NCBI GenBank assembly: GCA_032718475.1
Contig: JAUCBJ010002732.1
Span: 1 to 48,113, forward strand
From: Nemertoderma westbladi
Taxonomy: Eukaryota > Animalia > Xenacoelomorpha
Length of the DNA stretch: 48,113 bases
Reading direction: 5' to 3'
Program-made: the position numbers and the translations under genes
The notes under the pieces: model-generated
Databases searched by the model: none
The model's input: the letters and a program-made list of their open reading frames with translations, nothing else
Told to the model about the DNA's origin: nothing
Shown here: in pieces, positions 25,306-37,550 of the stretch
Layout: each line of letters starts with the position of its first letter
Position numbering within the stretch: position 1 is the first letter of the stretch

Positions 25306-28144
25306 GATGCCTTGTATGTGTCATGTATGTGTGTAGGCCTATGTGTACTGTAAAAACAACAGTGTGCATAGGGTAAGGAAGTGGAGGAAAGCCTGACTTA
25401 ATTTAGTTTATATTACACGATCAATTTGCACTCGTCATGAACCCGACATGTATGTAACCTTTTATTTAATTTGCTCGCTTTAACACGCGTTTGCGGTTGT
25501 TTGGGAAGGGTGTGATACGATTTTCACACTGACACATTTAGTTTGTGAAATAAATCTGAGGTGTTTCATTAATAATTAGTGTGAGAGGATCGCGTTTTAG
25601 AATCTACAACGTTATATAACAACTACTGTATTTAATACGTCATTGTTCATAAAATAGCACTTTATAGCGTTACGGCACGAGTGATTTTGTTTACCGAGCG
25701 ACAGCGGCGGCAATTACAAAGCAGGTGACATAAAAGCATTAAAGTGATAATTATGAACAATGGCGAATCTAATATTATTTATTTGAGAGGAATTATTTGT
25801 AACTATGCACTTTAAACTTTCTAGAACAACCTTGTAACAGGAAACCATGACAATGTTAATTATAAATACTTTCATCTCGTTCCAAATTAGCGTAGTTGAT
25901 ACCGTCAAACCCAAACGGGGTGACTCTGGAAAAAAGGTTTTTGTTTTTCTTTACGTTCTTTCGTAATTTTAATTGATGTATTTCCACTACATCCAGTATG
26001 TCACCGCGTCATTATTAGGTTGTTCTAGAAAGTTTATCGAATCAATAATAAATGAATTGTTGTTGGGTGGGGTGACGGCGAATTAAATATATTATTATGT
26101 TATGATAATGTTCTCCATAGCGAAATATATCAACCGACCCTATTGGGGCTCGAACCCGGTACCTAGGTATCAAACTTTCGGTTATCATCAGACGGGTGTG
26201 TCTGATAGCGAATTAATTTTTCATATCAAAAAATTGGTTTGGAGGAATTGCGAATCTTTTGATATACAGTAGGTAATAATATTTAGTATTAAATGAACAA
26301 TTAAATAGCATTAATATTAAAAGCTACACATGTTTTTTATATCTTAAACAATCTGACACCAAAGGAGCAAAATAAACATGTTTATATGTTGGGGGTACAT
26401 ATATGTATGATTGAAATGTATGATGATATTAAGTAATATGATTGGTATTAAATAATTACTTCAATAGTATTAATATAAAAAGCCACACAAGAAATATTCT
26501 AATCTTTGTTATTTTTTACATTACGAGACCAACTAAGCTCAATAAAGTAGTTTTCATAGACGGGGTCATACCTTCATGCCATAAAACCAGTTGAGCCCCA
26601 CTGTGTATATTGAATGCCATATGTGGATGTAGGAGCAGAGCGGCAAATAGTTGAATATGGTATGTATTTTATTCTTAAAATTGTTACTTTTTCGCTCGAA
26701 TATACCCCAAAATCGGGAGATAAAGTTTCACTTTTTTCCCCTAGGTAAAAAGTAACCCATAGGATTGCATTGATTTTACTTTTTTCCCGGTAAAAAAAAG
26801 TAAATTACAATATTTTTGGTGGAATTTCTTAAATTTAATTACATACAGTATGTTTAAAGAGCATCGACGCAGAAAAGGTTTGGAAGTCATTTGAGCCAAA
26901 TCCATTCACAAACTCAAAAGTTATTGGAACTTTAGTGTCTGTGCGGCGTACTCCAAAACTGAATTCAATATTAGTTTAGGTAGTTAAGCGGCTCTCTAGT
27001 TACATAATACATATTCGATAACAATAAATTATTGTAACATTGAGGAAGGCAACATCGAGAGTTGAAGAGTACAATAATTTGAATTGCAGTAACTATGGAA
27101 GCAATGTACTAGTAAAATACTGCAGTTCAATTTATTTTGTAACACTATATCGCTTTATCTTTTAGAATTGAGCAACAAAAAGTACCAATTTAAGAATAAA
27201 ATTACGTATTACATGAAAAACATGGAAAAAAAGTAGAACTTTTTTTCATTATTCTCGAGGCATTTTATTTACCGAGCGTTAGCGAGGTTAACAAAGAGTC
27301 GAGGGAATATTGAAAAAAAAATTTCATGTTGACATTTTTTAAAGTATTTTTTTTCACATGATCGTTGTGTAACAATTGCAGTGCTAAAACTAGGTTAAAG
27401 GGTGTAAGTAAACGCTACGCCGACAAGCGACAACCATATGAACTCTAATTAATATTAATTATCAATTGAGGGCAAAGATCAGGTTACAGTGGAATGTTAA
27501 TTCTAACCAAAACAATAAACGAGTCATGAGAACATGTTATAGTCTCATGTTTGTCGATGTCTGTCTAGGTCGTCAGCTGTCAGTTGTAGGCGTAGCGTTC
27601 ACACACATTATTTATCGCTCTACAAGTCCGGAAGAGATCCGCGAAGTGTAATTTTGGCCCCAATTTATTTAAGACGTCTCGAACCCCTTAAACCAATGTT
27701 AAAATCAAATTCAGCGAGCATTATTCACTGTATAGAATATAAAAAAAAATAGTAAAATATAAAACAGTTATTCTATGAAAATCAATTATATATTTCTGAA
27801 CGTTTTAGTCCCTATTGCACAAACATTTATGTACTGCTATTCGATATTGATACAACGATTCGGAAGTCATTAGAATTCAATATGGCCATAAATAGCAACA
27901 ATGTAACACTGTATTGGGGTCCTGTAGTTCTCTATGGGGCATTCAATGTTTGAATAATTATATGAATTGCATGATTTGAAGGACCATAATCATTGTTGCG
28001 TATATTGTTACGATATTGAGCTATAAGAATTAATAAAATATATATTTTTATTTAACAATTACGAATTTAACAAAATATGTAAAATTGTAAGTTTTGTATT
28101 GAGTGAGAAAGCCAAAGAGAAAGAGCGCTTTGAAATAATTAAAA

Positions 28145-28357
28145 GGGTCAGAGTAAAACGCGGATCCGGATTCTACATTTAACATTGTCCCTACGGAAGT
28201 CGATTTTTTTTACATTTTTATAACTCCCAAAAATAAAACTATAACCTGTTCTATTGACCTCAGTTTATTGTTTTGGTTAAAATAACGTGCCACTGTAACC
28301 TGCTCCTTTCCCTTAATTGATAATTTTGGAATCCGGATCCGCGTTTTACACCTACCC
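28145..28357. mobile_element. Mutator(MULE)-type MITE (213 bp)
   Basis: TIR gggtcagagtaaaacgcggatccggattc / gaatccggatccgcgttttacacctaccc. Perfect 9-bp TSD taattaaaa (28136-28144, 28358-28366). Confidence 0.9.
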
Positions 28358-28610
28358 TAATTAAAAGCAAATTTATAATCATTTATAGGGATGTCCCGGA
28401 ATTCCGGCGGTTTTTGCCCGATTCCGGCCGGAATTGCCGGAATGGGGTCAATTCCGGCCGGAATTTTACCGGAATTACCAGGTTCCTAACTAGTTTAATA
28501 ATTGCAATTAGTTTGTTAAATTATTCTCAACATTTATATATTTTTTAAACTTTATTACCAATTAGTTTAAGATACTTTTCAACACTTGTAAAAAAGTATA
28601 GAAATGAAGT

Positions 28611-28767
28611 TTTCTTCGACCGTTAGAGCTAACATTTAAGGATGCAAGGCATAGATGCCCCATGGTTAGCCCATTCGTGCCGAATCGAAAACTGTCTTGG
28701 CCCACATGCGGGGATCGAATCCACGACCTCCATATAGATTGGATTCAATGCAACCACTACACAAAAG
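28611..28767 (-). mobile_element. tRNA-derived SINE
   Basis: On the minus strand: A-box-like tgtgtagtggtt (28752-28763), B-box-like ggattcgatccc (28711-28722), then a non-tRNA body. A second copy is at 25169-25305. Confidence 0.7.
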
Positions 28768-29827
28768 TGGAACCTAACTAACCTACAGTATGTAACGATT
28801 GAACATTAACTGCCACCCTGATTTTTAAAGTGAATGCAGTCTTGATGGGTATGTAACACATTTCCAAAAAACATTATATCATTATCATTAAAACATTATC
28901 CACCATCTGTTACAACACCTACTGTAGTATTCAAATACAATTCACAATAACTCGTGAGTCGTATGCCAAAAGATGGAACATTATTTAACATTGATTTTAT
29001 ATTATTTTACATTGATTTTATATATTGTACATTATTTTATTCCAAAATTGTAGCATTACTCAACGCCGTTAGTATTAACAGCGAGTTGATATTTAGCACT
29101 TTACAACTTTAGAGGACATTACAGCATTGTATTGGCCTGTACATTTAGTATTGTATTTGGTGTTATTGTTTACGTGGTAACCCATGCCGGTGTTAAGTAA
29201 TGTCCACTAAGAGGACATTACTTAACGCCGTCATTGGATACCATGTAAACAATAGGTTGAAATTTGCCTGACAGCCAGATAGGCCTACAGCATTACCTAC
29301 CGGTAGGCGGGATATATCTATTAATAATCAGTAGGGCTTAGCTATATTATTATAACATGGCTCCAAACGCCACCATAAATATAAGCTAACTTATTTATAA
29401 CATAATTTATGTCATTTCACATTTATTTATACAGCAACTAATATAATTTGTGCAGTTTCTATCACTTATAATGTATATGTACAATCATTTCGTAATGTTA
29501 AAAGTTTGGAATAAAACTACATACATACTTGTTTCTAAATAATTTACAGTGTTCTGATCCTCGTGGATTTATTTTCACTCACTCACTAACGTTCATTCAT
29601 GTAACAAAGCCACTCGGATCATCACACTGTACAAAGTGGTACTTTACACACAAGTATGTAATTAGTTATTACGAATTTTTATATAACTTTTATGAATTTT
29701 TGTATAAGTTTTAGGAATTTTTTGCAACTTTTAATTCAAGTTTTGGGAATTTTATAAAACTTTTGCTAACACATCTAAGTTTAATTTTAATTCTAATTTA
29801 ATTTTTAACTAACACATCTAATTTGGC

Positions 29828-31554
29828 CTGTCATGGTCGATACAGCTAAATCTAACAAATGGAGCTACGGTCTGTCATGGTCGATACAGCTAAATCTAAC
29901 AGATGGAGCTACGGTCTGTCATGGTCGATACAGCTAAATCTAACAGATGGAGCTAAGGTCTGTCATGGTCGATACAGCTAAATCTAACAGATGGAGCTAC
30001 GGTCTGTCATGGTCGATACAGATGGAGCTACGGTCTGTCATGGTCGATACAGCTAAATCTAACAGATGGACCTACGGTCTGTCATGGTAGATACAGCTTA
30101 ATCTAACAGATGGAGCTAAGGTCTGTCATGGTCGATACAGCTAAATCTAACAGATGGAGCTACGGTCTGTCATGGTTGATACAGCTAAATCTAACAGATG
30201 GAGCTACGGTCTGTCATGGTCAATACAGCTTAATCTAACAGATGGAGCTACGGTCTGTCATGGTCGTGGAGCTACGGTCTGTCATAGTCGATACAGTTTA
30301 ATCTAACAGATGGAGCTACGGTCTGTTATGGTCGATACAGCTAAATCTAACAGATGGAGCTACGGTCTGTCATGGTCGATACAGCTAAATCTAACAGATG
30401 GAGCTACGGTCTGTCATGGTCGATACAGCTAAATCTAACAGATGGAGCTACGGTCTGTCATGGTCGATACAGCTAAATCTAACAGATGGAGCTACGGTCT
30501 GTCATGGTCGATACAGCTAAATCTAACAGATGGAGCTACGGTCTGTCATGGTCGATACAGCTAAATCTAACAGATGGAGCTACGGTCTGTCATGGTCGAT
30601 ACAGCTAAATCTAACAGATGGAGCTACGGTCTGTCATGGTTGATACAGCTAAATCTAACAGATGGAGCTAAGGTCTGTCATGGTCGATACAGCTAAATCT
30701 AACAGATGGAGCTACGGTCTGTCATGGTCGATACAGGTTAATCTAACAGATGGAGCTACGGTCTGTCATGGTCGATACAGCTTAATCTAACAGATGGAGC
30801 TACGGTCTGTCATGGTCGATACAGCTAAATCTAACAGATGGAGCTACGGTCTGTCATGGTCGATACAGGTTAATCTAACAGATGGAGCTACGGTCTGTCA
30901 TGGTCGATACAGGTTAATCTAACAGATGGAGCTACGGTCTGTCATGGTCGATACAGGTTAATCTAACAGATGGAGCTACGGTCTGTCATGGTCGATACAG
31001 GTTAATCTAACAGATGGAGCTACGGTCTGTCATGGTCGATACAGGTTAATCTAACAGATGGAGCTACGGTCTGTCATGGTCGATACAGGTTAATCTAACA
31101 GATGGAGCTACGGTCTGTCATGGTCGATACAGGTTAATCTAACAGATGGAGCTACGGTCTGTCATGGTCGATACAGCTAAATCTAACAGATGGAGCTACG
31201 GTCTGTCATGGTCGATACAGCTAAATCTAACAGATGGAGCTAAGGTCTGTCATGGTCGATACAGCTTAATCTAACAGATGGAGCTACGGTCTGTCATGGT
31301 CGATACAGGTTAATCTAACAGATGGAGCTACGGTCTGTCATGGTCGATACAGCTTAATCTAACAGATGGAGCTACGGTCTGTCATGGTCGATACAGCTTA
31401 ATCTAACAGATGGAGCTACGGTCTGTCATGGTCGATACAGCTAAATCTAACAGATGGAGCTACGGTCTGTCATGGTCGATACAGCTTAATCTAACAGATG
31501 GAGCTACGGTCTGTCATGGACGATACAGCTAAATCTAACAGATGGAGCTACGGT
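29828..31554 (+). repeat. 44-bp tandem satellite, about 40 copies
   Basis: Unit ctgtcatggtcgatacagctaaatctaacagatggagctacggt, highly homogeneous. Confidence 0.98.
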
Positions 31555-31872
31555 GGTGATTTGCGGCCTTTCACCTTTCATTTTGATACTATTATTTAAT
31601 TATATATTTTGATTAATTATTCTTCCCACTTTTCAAAAAGAAAGGTGAAGATCATTCATGTCCATGTCCGTCCATCTGAATAGATTTAGACCTAACTGTA
31701 GTCACGCAAATACAGTGTAGCGCTCTATGTCAGTTTGTGCAATATGGAACCGGTATGATAGTGTGAGCAATCAGTTACTTATCTGGAAGGAGTAATGAGT
31801 TTTTAAAAAAGTGGAAAGAGTAATGAGTTTCAGAATGAAAGGTAAAAAAAAAGGCCGCAAATCACCACCGTA
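31549..31872. mobile_element. MITE with TAC...GTA termini and 6-bp TSD (IS3EU-like)
   Basis: TIR tacggtggtgatttgcggccttt..acctttcatt / aatgaaaggt...aaggccgcaaatcaccaccgta. TSD tggagc (31543-31548, 31873-31878). TAY..RTA termini with a 6-bp TSD fit the IS3EU superfamily as I recall it. Confidence 0.8.
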
Positions 31873-32970
31873 TGGAGCCCTCCCATACACTATATCACCC
31901 CGTAAACCTGCCTCCCTTAGCCTTGCTGGTCTTACTCATCGAGGTGGATTGTCAGTCCACCTCGGTTGGTCATTGATTCATCCCTTGGTTAGTATGCCTT
32001 ATTGGATATACCTCGGTTGCCAACTTGTTAAATTGCCCCCCCCCCCCACCCCATTTTATTGGTTGGAGGTGCTTAGCGGACTGGATCCGCTAACAGATTA
32101 ACAATTATTTACGATATTTATATTTACATATTGAAAATCAAAATAATTGTATAAATGGCAAATTATCTCAGCAGGGTGTTTATTTCAAATTAATTCAACA
32201 GAATTAGTAAATTCGAAATCAATTTCTGCGGAACTGCTGTAGAAATCGAGTCCTGTTTAAAATACAATTAATTGGGAGGTTTAACCCTCATCAAAAATGA
32301 AATTGCAATAAACTAAGAGATATTAAACTACCATTGAATTAACATTTAAGTAACTAATTATGCCAAAACATCACATATTGCAGCTTCAGAAATATAATTA
32401 CAATTCAACACATGTGTAATTAGACACAGCCAAGCCATGAATAACAGCACATTTTATAACAATCTTCCGTTCTAACTTAAACTCTCGTTGTCAAGAAACA
32501 CATAAAGCCATTCAGGGCAACGCCTCAATCGATTGTTTCTAACTTTTCCGCGCACCAAACCCGTTGTTATAGTAAGACAAACATAATCGTATAAAATAAG
32601 CTAAATAAATAAATATATACACAAATATAAATCGATGATTAAGACACAAAGGGTAAATGGGTGTTTCTATTTATTGTTTGAACAAAGAACTGTATTATTC
32701 ACTGACTTACTTATTTAATCAATGCACATTTATACAATAGTAACAAAACGAAACAGAGTGGTGGTGAAACACTGGTTCAATAAAATAGTGAAGTGAGTGA
32801 GTTGATTATAAAGAATTATAAAGTCTATCTCTGGGGGTATAACCTCGGTTGTTAGAAAACTTTATCAGAGTTTTGTACCAACGTTGGTTCAACCCTCACC
32901 AACTTATTCTTAATTAACTATAAATACAAGACAGAGTTTGCTATTTAAAGAAATATAATATATAGTATAT

Positions 32971-35485
32971 AGTAAGTGGTACACAGTGTAGGACGCAGTA
33001 TGTGGTACACATAGTAGGCGCAGTAAGTGGCACACATAGTGGCGCAGTAAGTGGTACACAGAGTAGGACGCAGTAAGTGGTACACATAGTGGCGCAGTAA
33101 GTGGTACACATAGTGGCGCAGTGAGTGGTACACAGAGTAGGACGCAGTAAGTGGTACACATAGTAGGCGCAGTAAGTGGTACACATAGTAGGCGCAGTGA
33201 GTGGTACACAGAGTAGGCGCAGTAAGTGGTACACATAGTAGGCGCAGTAAGTGGTACACATAGTGGCGCAGTAAGTGGTACACAGAGTAGGCGCAGTAAG
33301 TGGTACACAGAGTAGGCGCAGTAAGTGGTACACATAGTAGGCGCAGTAAGTGGTACACAGAGTAGGACGCAGTAAGTGGTACACATGAGTAGGACGCAGT
33401 AAGTGGTACACATAGTAGGACGCAGTAGTGGTACACAGAGTAGGCGCAGTAAGTGGTACACATAGTAGGCGCAGTAAGTGGTACACAGAGTAGGCGCAGT
33501 AAGTGGTACACATAAGTAGGCGCAGTAAGTGGTACACAGAGTGGCGCAGTAAGTGGTACACATAGTGGCGCAGTAAGTGGTACACAGAGTAGGCGCAGTA
33601 AGTGGTACACAGAGTAGGCGCAGTAAGTGGTACACATGAGTAGGCGCAGTAAGTGGTACACAGAGTAGGCGCAGTAAGTGGTACACAGAGTAGGCGCAGT
33701 AAGTGGTACACAGAGTAGGCGCAGTAAGTGGTACACAGAGTAGGCGCAGTAAGTGGTACACAGAGTAGGACGCAGTAAGTGGTACACAGTAGTAGGCGCA
33801 GTAAGTGGTACACAGAGTAGGACGCAGTAAGTGGTACACATAGTGGCGCAGTAGGTGGTACACAGAGTAGGCGCAGTATGTGGTACACATAGTGGCGCAG
33901 TAAGTGGTACACAGAGTAGGCGCAGTAAGTGGTACACAGAGTAGGACGCAGTAAGTGGTACACAGAGTAGGCGCAGTAAGTGGTACACATAGTGGCGCAG
34001 TAAGTGGTACACAGAGTAGGACGCAGTAAGTGGTACACAGAGTAGGACGCAGTAAGTGGTACACAGAGTAGGCGCAGTAGTGTGGTACACATAGTAGGCG
34101 CAGTAAGTGGTACACATAGTAGGCGCAGTAAGTGGTACACAGAGTAGGCGCAGTAGGTGGTACACATAGTGGCGCAGTAAGTGGTACACAGAGTAGGCGC
34201 AGTAAGTGGTACACAGTGTAGGACGCAGTAGGTGGTACACATAGTGGCGCAGTAAGTGGTACACATAGAGTAGGACGCAGTAAGTGGTACACAGAGTAGG
34301 CGCAGTAAGTGGTACACATAGTGGCGCAGTAAGTGGTACACATAGTGGCGCAGTAAGTGGTACACATAGTGGCGCAGTAAGTGGTACACAGAGTAGGCGC
34401 AGTAAGTGGTACACAGAGTAGGACGCAGTAAGTGGTACACATAGTGGCGCAGTAAGTGGTACACAGAGTAGGACGCAGTATGTGGTACACAGAGTAGGCG
34501 CAGTAAGTGGTACACAGAGTAGGACGCAGTAAGTGGTACACAGAGTAGGACGCAGTAAGTGGTACACATAGTGGCGCAGTAAGTGGTACACAGAGTAGGA
34601 CGCAGTAAGTGGTACACAGAGTAGGACGCAGTAAGTGGTACACAAGTGGCGCAGTAAGTGGTACACAGAGTAGGACGCAGTAAGTGGTACACATAGTGGC
34701 GCAGTAAGTGGTACACATAGTAGGCGCAGTAAGTGGTACACAGAGTAGGCGCAGTAAGTGGTACACATAGTGGCGCAGTAAGTGGTACACATAGATTAGG
34801 ACGCAGTAAGTGGTACACATAGTGGCGCAGTAAGTGGTACACATAGTAGGCGCAGTAAGTGGTACACAGAGTAGGACGCAGTAAGTGGTACACAGAATAG
34901 GACGCAGTAAGTGGTACACATGAGTAGGACGCAGTAAGTGGTACACATAGTGGCGCAGTAAGTGGTACACATAGAGTAGGACGCAGTAAGTGGTACACAG
35001 AGTAGGACGCAGTAAGTGGTACACAGAGTAGGACGCAGTAAGTGGTACACAGAGTAGGACGCAGTAAGTGGTACACAGAGTAGCCACTTTAGTAGCCACA
35101 GTAGCAGAGTACCACTTGCTGCGCCTACTCTTGTGTACCACTTGCTGCGCCTACTCTTGTGTACCACTTACTGCGTCCTACTCTATGTGTACCACTTACT
35201 GCGCCTACTATGTGTACCACTTACTGCGCCGCTATGTGTACCACTTACTGCGCCACTATGTGTACCACTTGCTGCGCCTACTCTTGTGTACCACTTACTG
35301 CGTCTACACTGTGTACCACTTACTGCGTCCTACTATGTGTACCACTTACTGCGCCGCTATGTGTACCACTTACTGCGCCTACTATGTGTACCACTTACTG
35401 CGCCTACTATGTGTACCACTTGCTGCGCCTACTCTTGTGTACCACTTACTGCGTCCTACTCTGTGTACCGGTACCACTACTTACT
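32971..35485. repeat. 23-28-bp minisatellite (gcagtaagtggtacacagagtagg)n with an internal inversion
   Basis: Forward array at 32971-35083, then a spacer of about 25 bp, then a reverse-complement array at 35109-35485. Confidence 0.97.
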
Positions 35486-35842
35486 GACTTATGCGAAACA
35501 AGCTAAATGGAATATTCAATATACAAAAATACAAAAGTACAAAATTATTAAAGATTAATATAAAACTATATATATGTTATAAGGTTTTTATTATCAGGTT
35601 TCAGACACGATAGTAGAGCGGATAGTGCCAGATCCTTCAGTCCTTTACTATGATATTTCCCGTAATAAGAATTTAAAGAATAAATAATTACAATTAACAA
35701 TGATTACATCTCATAACTTTTAGTACTAAGCGTTTACTATAATAAACAATAAACATATAATCTGAAAAACAATAAACGTATTATATCGATACAATAAACT
35801 GACTTTATTCCCGTAAGTAGATGAGATAAATCCACGAGGAAT

Positions 35843-36583
35843 CTAAACGTAGAGTTTCATTTGTTCTCTGACATCCGCGTCGGATTCCAGTCCGAATACT
35901 GCGGGATTATCCGCCATGAGTTGGCACATCTTCTCCAACTGGTTCCGTCGCACCTCGCGTTCTTCCAGCAGCTCCTCCGCGGTGAGACTCGCCTCCAGGC
36001 GTCGAGCTGTCTGGCGCAACTCCGTCTTCTTGTACTCGCTCGCTATGTGATCCATAAACTCGGTGGGATCCCGTTTAGCGTTCGCGTTGGGAGCCAGTAC
36101 CGAGGCAGTATCGGAGCGAACATCGGCAATATCCTCCCCAATTTCCGGTTCCTCAGCTCCCCCATCGGATCCGCTAGACAAGAACGGACAAAACGCCATC
36201 AATCCAGGTGGCATTCCGGGATGCGGCGCGGTTGCGTTCTCCGCATTCGTTGTTGTAACTCGGGAATCCTGAACCCGATCCCGCAAGGCGATAGAATCAT
36301 CTCTGCCTTCCTTCTCAACCGAATCTGATGCCTCGTTCACTTCGTTCCCTGCATCTCTAGCCTCGTTCGTTTTGTCAGACCCGTCCGACTTGGACGACGA
36401 TGTAACGTGTTCGACCTGCACTCCAGGTGCAGGTTCTAATGATACTGCAGTCTGGGTTTCATTATCTTCGAGTTGTTGTAAATCGTTAGTTACAATAAAT
36501 CTATAGAGAGAAGAGAGAATAACAGTAGCCAGGGCACACAGGATTATTCCCAAAACGTAATGCAAATCATCAAACCAAGGCAT
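35843..36583 (-). CDS. MXRA7: MXRA7-like (matrix-remodelling-associated protein 7) single-pass membrane protein, 246 aa
   Basis: N-terminal hydrophobic helix (YVLGIILCALATVILSSLY), acidic linker, and C-terminal LTAEELLEEREVRRNQLEKMCQLMADNPAVFG...DVREQMKLYV resembling the MXRA7 C-terminus. The first ATG is at 36583 (the track starts at a TTG at 36601). Minus-strand AATAAA at 35804-35809. Confidence 0.8.
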   Translation of the reverse strand: MPWFDDLHYVLGIILCALATVILSSLYRFIVTNDLQQLEDNETQTAVSLEPAPGVQVEHVTSSSKSDGSDKTNEARDAGNEVNEASDSVEKEGRDDSIALRDRVQDSRVTTTNAENATAPHPGMPPGLMAFCPFLSSGSDGGAEEPEIGEDIADVRSDTASVLAPNANAKRDPTEFMDHIASEYKKTELRQTARRLEASLTAEELLEEREVRRNQLEKMCQLMADNPAVFGLESDADVREQMKLYV

Positions 36584-37550
36584 TACTGAATTATATGTCA
36601 ATCAATGACTGAATGAATACTGGGACTGCAGTATATCCACGTACCAGTATACAGGTATACTGGCAGACAGGTGCCGGTATACTATTTTTTTAGGGGGGTG
36701 GAAATGGGGGTGGAAATTCAAAGTTCAAAATGCTCTGCTTCACCGGTATATCTACAGGACTACAGCTATACTACCGATACTGCGATAGCTACAGGCCTAA
36801 AATAATACCGATATATAACTGTATAATACCTGTTGTATAATAGGCGCATCAACCAATTAAGGCCATTAGTGACCGCACAATTAATTGCACAAATAACTAA
36901 AAGGAGATAATAAACACAAAGAAAATCCACTAATATAAAATAAATTTTAGGTTTAAAAAAATAAACTAACGAAAGCACACACTGTATAGTATAATTCCCA
37001 CAAAAATAATTGATATGAATATTATATGGAACGACATTGCATAATGTTCTCCCTAACCCGAAAAGCCTCATTAAGCTGTTAAGGTAGGCCTAACTTTAGT
37101 AGTTTTTCCCTGGTAGTTGCCCCCATTAGCTCATTTAGCACAAAGTTATTCAGTGCTACTATTTGTTTCTGATCTGATACTGATATAATCATAGTGACTG
37201 TGCAGTTGTGACTGTACAGCTGTAGTTCTAGTTGTTTTTGTCAGGTTGTTGTAGTACATACTAACTACTGCAGTCTAGTATAAATCTTTCCAACCTTCGT
37301 TTGAGCCATTGCAGCTAACATAAACATGTTGTACTGTGTGCTGTGTTTGATTTAAATGTCCTGCATTTGTATTGAAAACGAAAACAAATTGAATTATAAT
37401 GACCAAATTTTCTGCAGGTGTAACACGGTTTTCTGCGCTACCACGACGCGCAGTGCAGATGTCGGCTCTCCGTTTAAGTACGGAATCACTGCCGCTGCCG
37501 TCATTTCTCATTTGTATTCAATAATTCAACATTAGCCAGAGATTCCCGAG

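Noticed and set aside
26125-26172. B-box-like ggttcgagccc (minus strand) suggesting a tRNA gene
   Set aside because: No cloverleaf or A-box is recognisable; at most a SINE remnant. The same applies to calling 28611-28767 a tRNA.
28386-28490. tagggatg start with ccggaatt repeats (hAT-like end)
   Set aside because: No convincing partner TIR or TSD was found.
32910-35558. 615-743 aa C/T/Y-rich ORFs
   Set aside because: The minisatellite is open in all three frames of one strand, and unit lengths are not multiples of 3.
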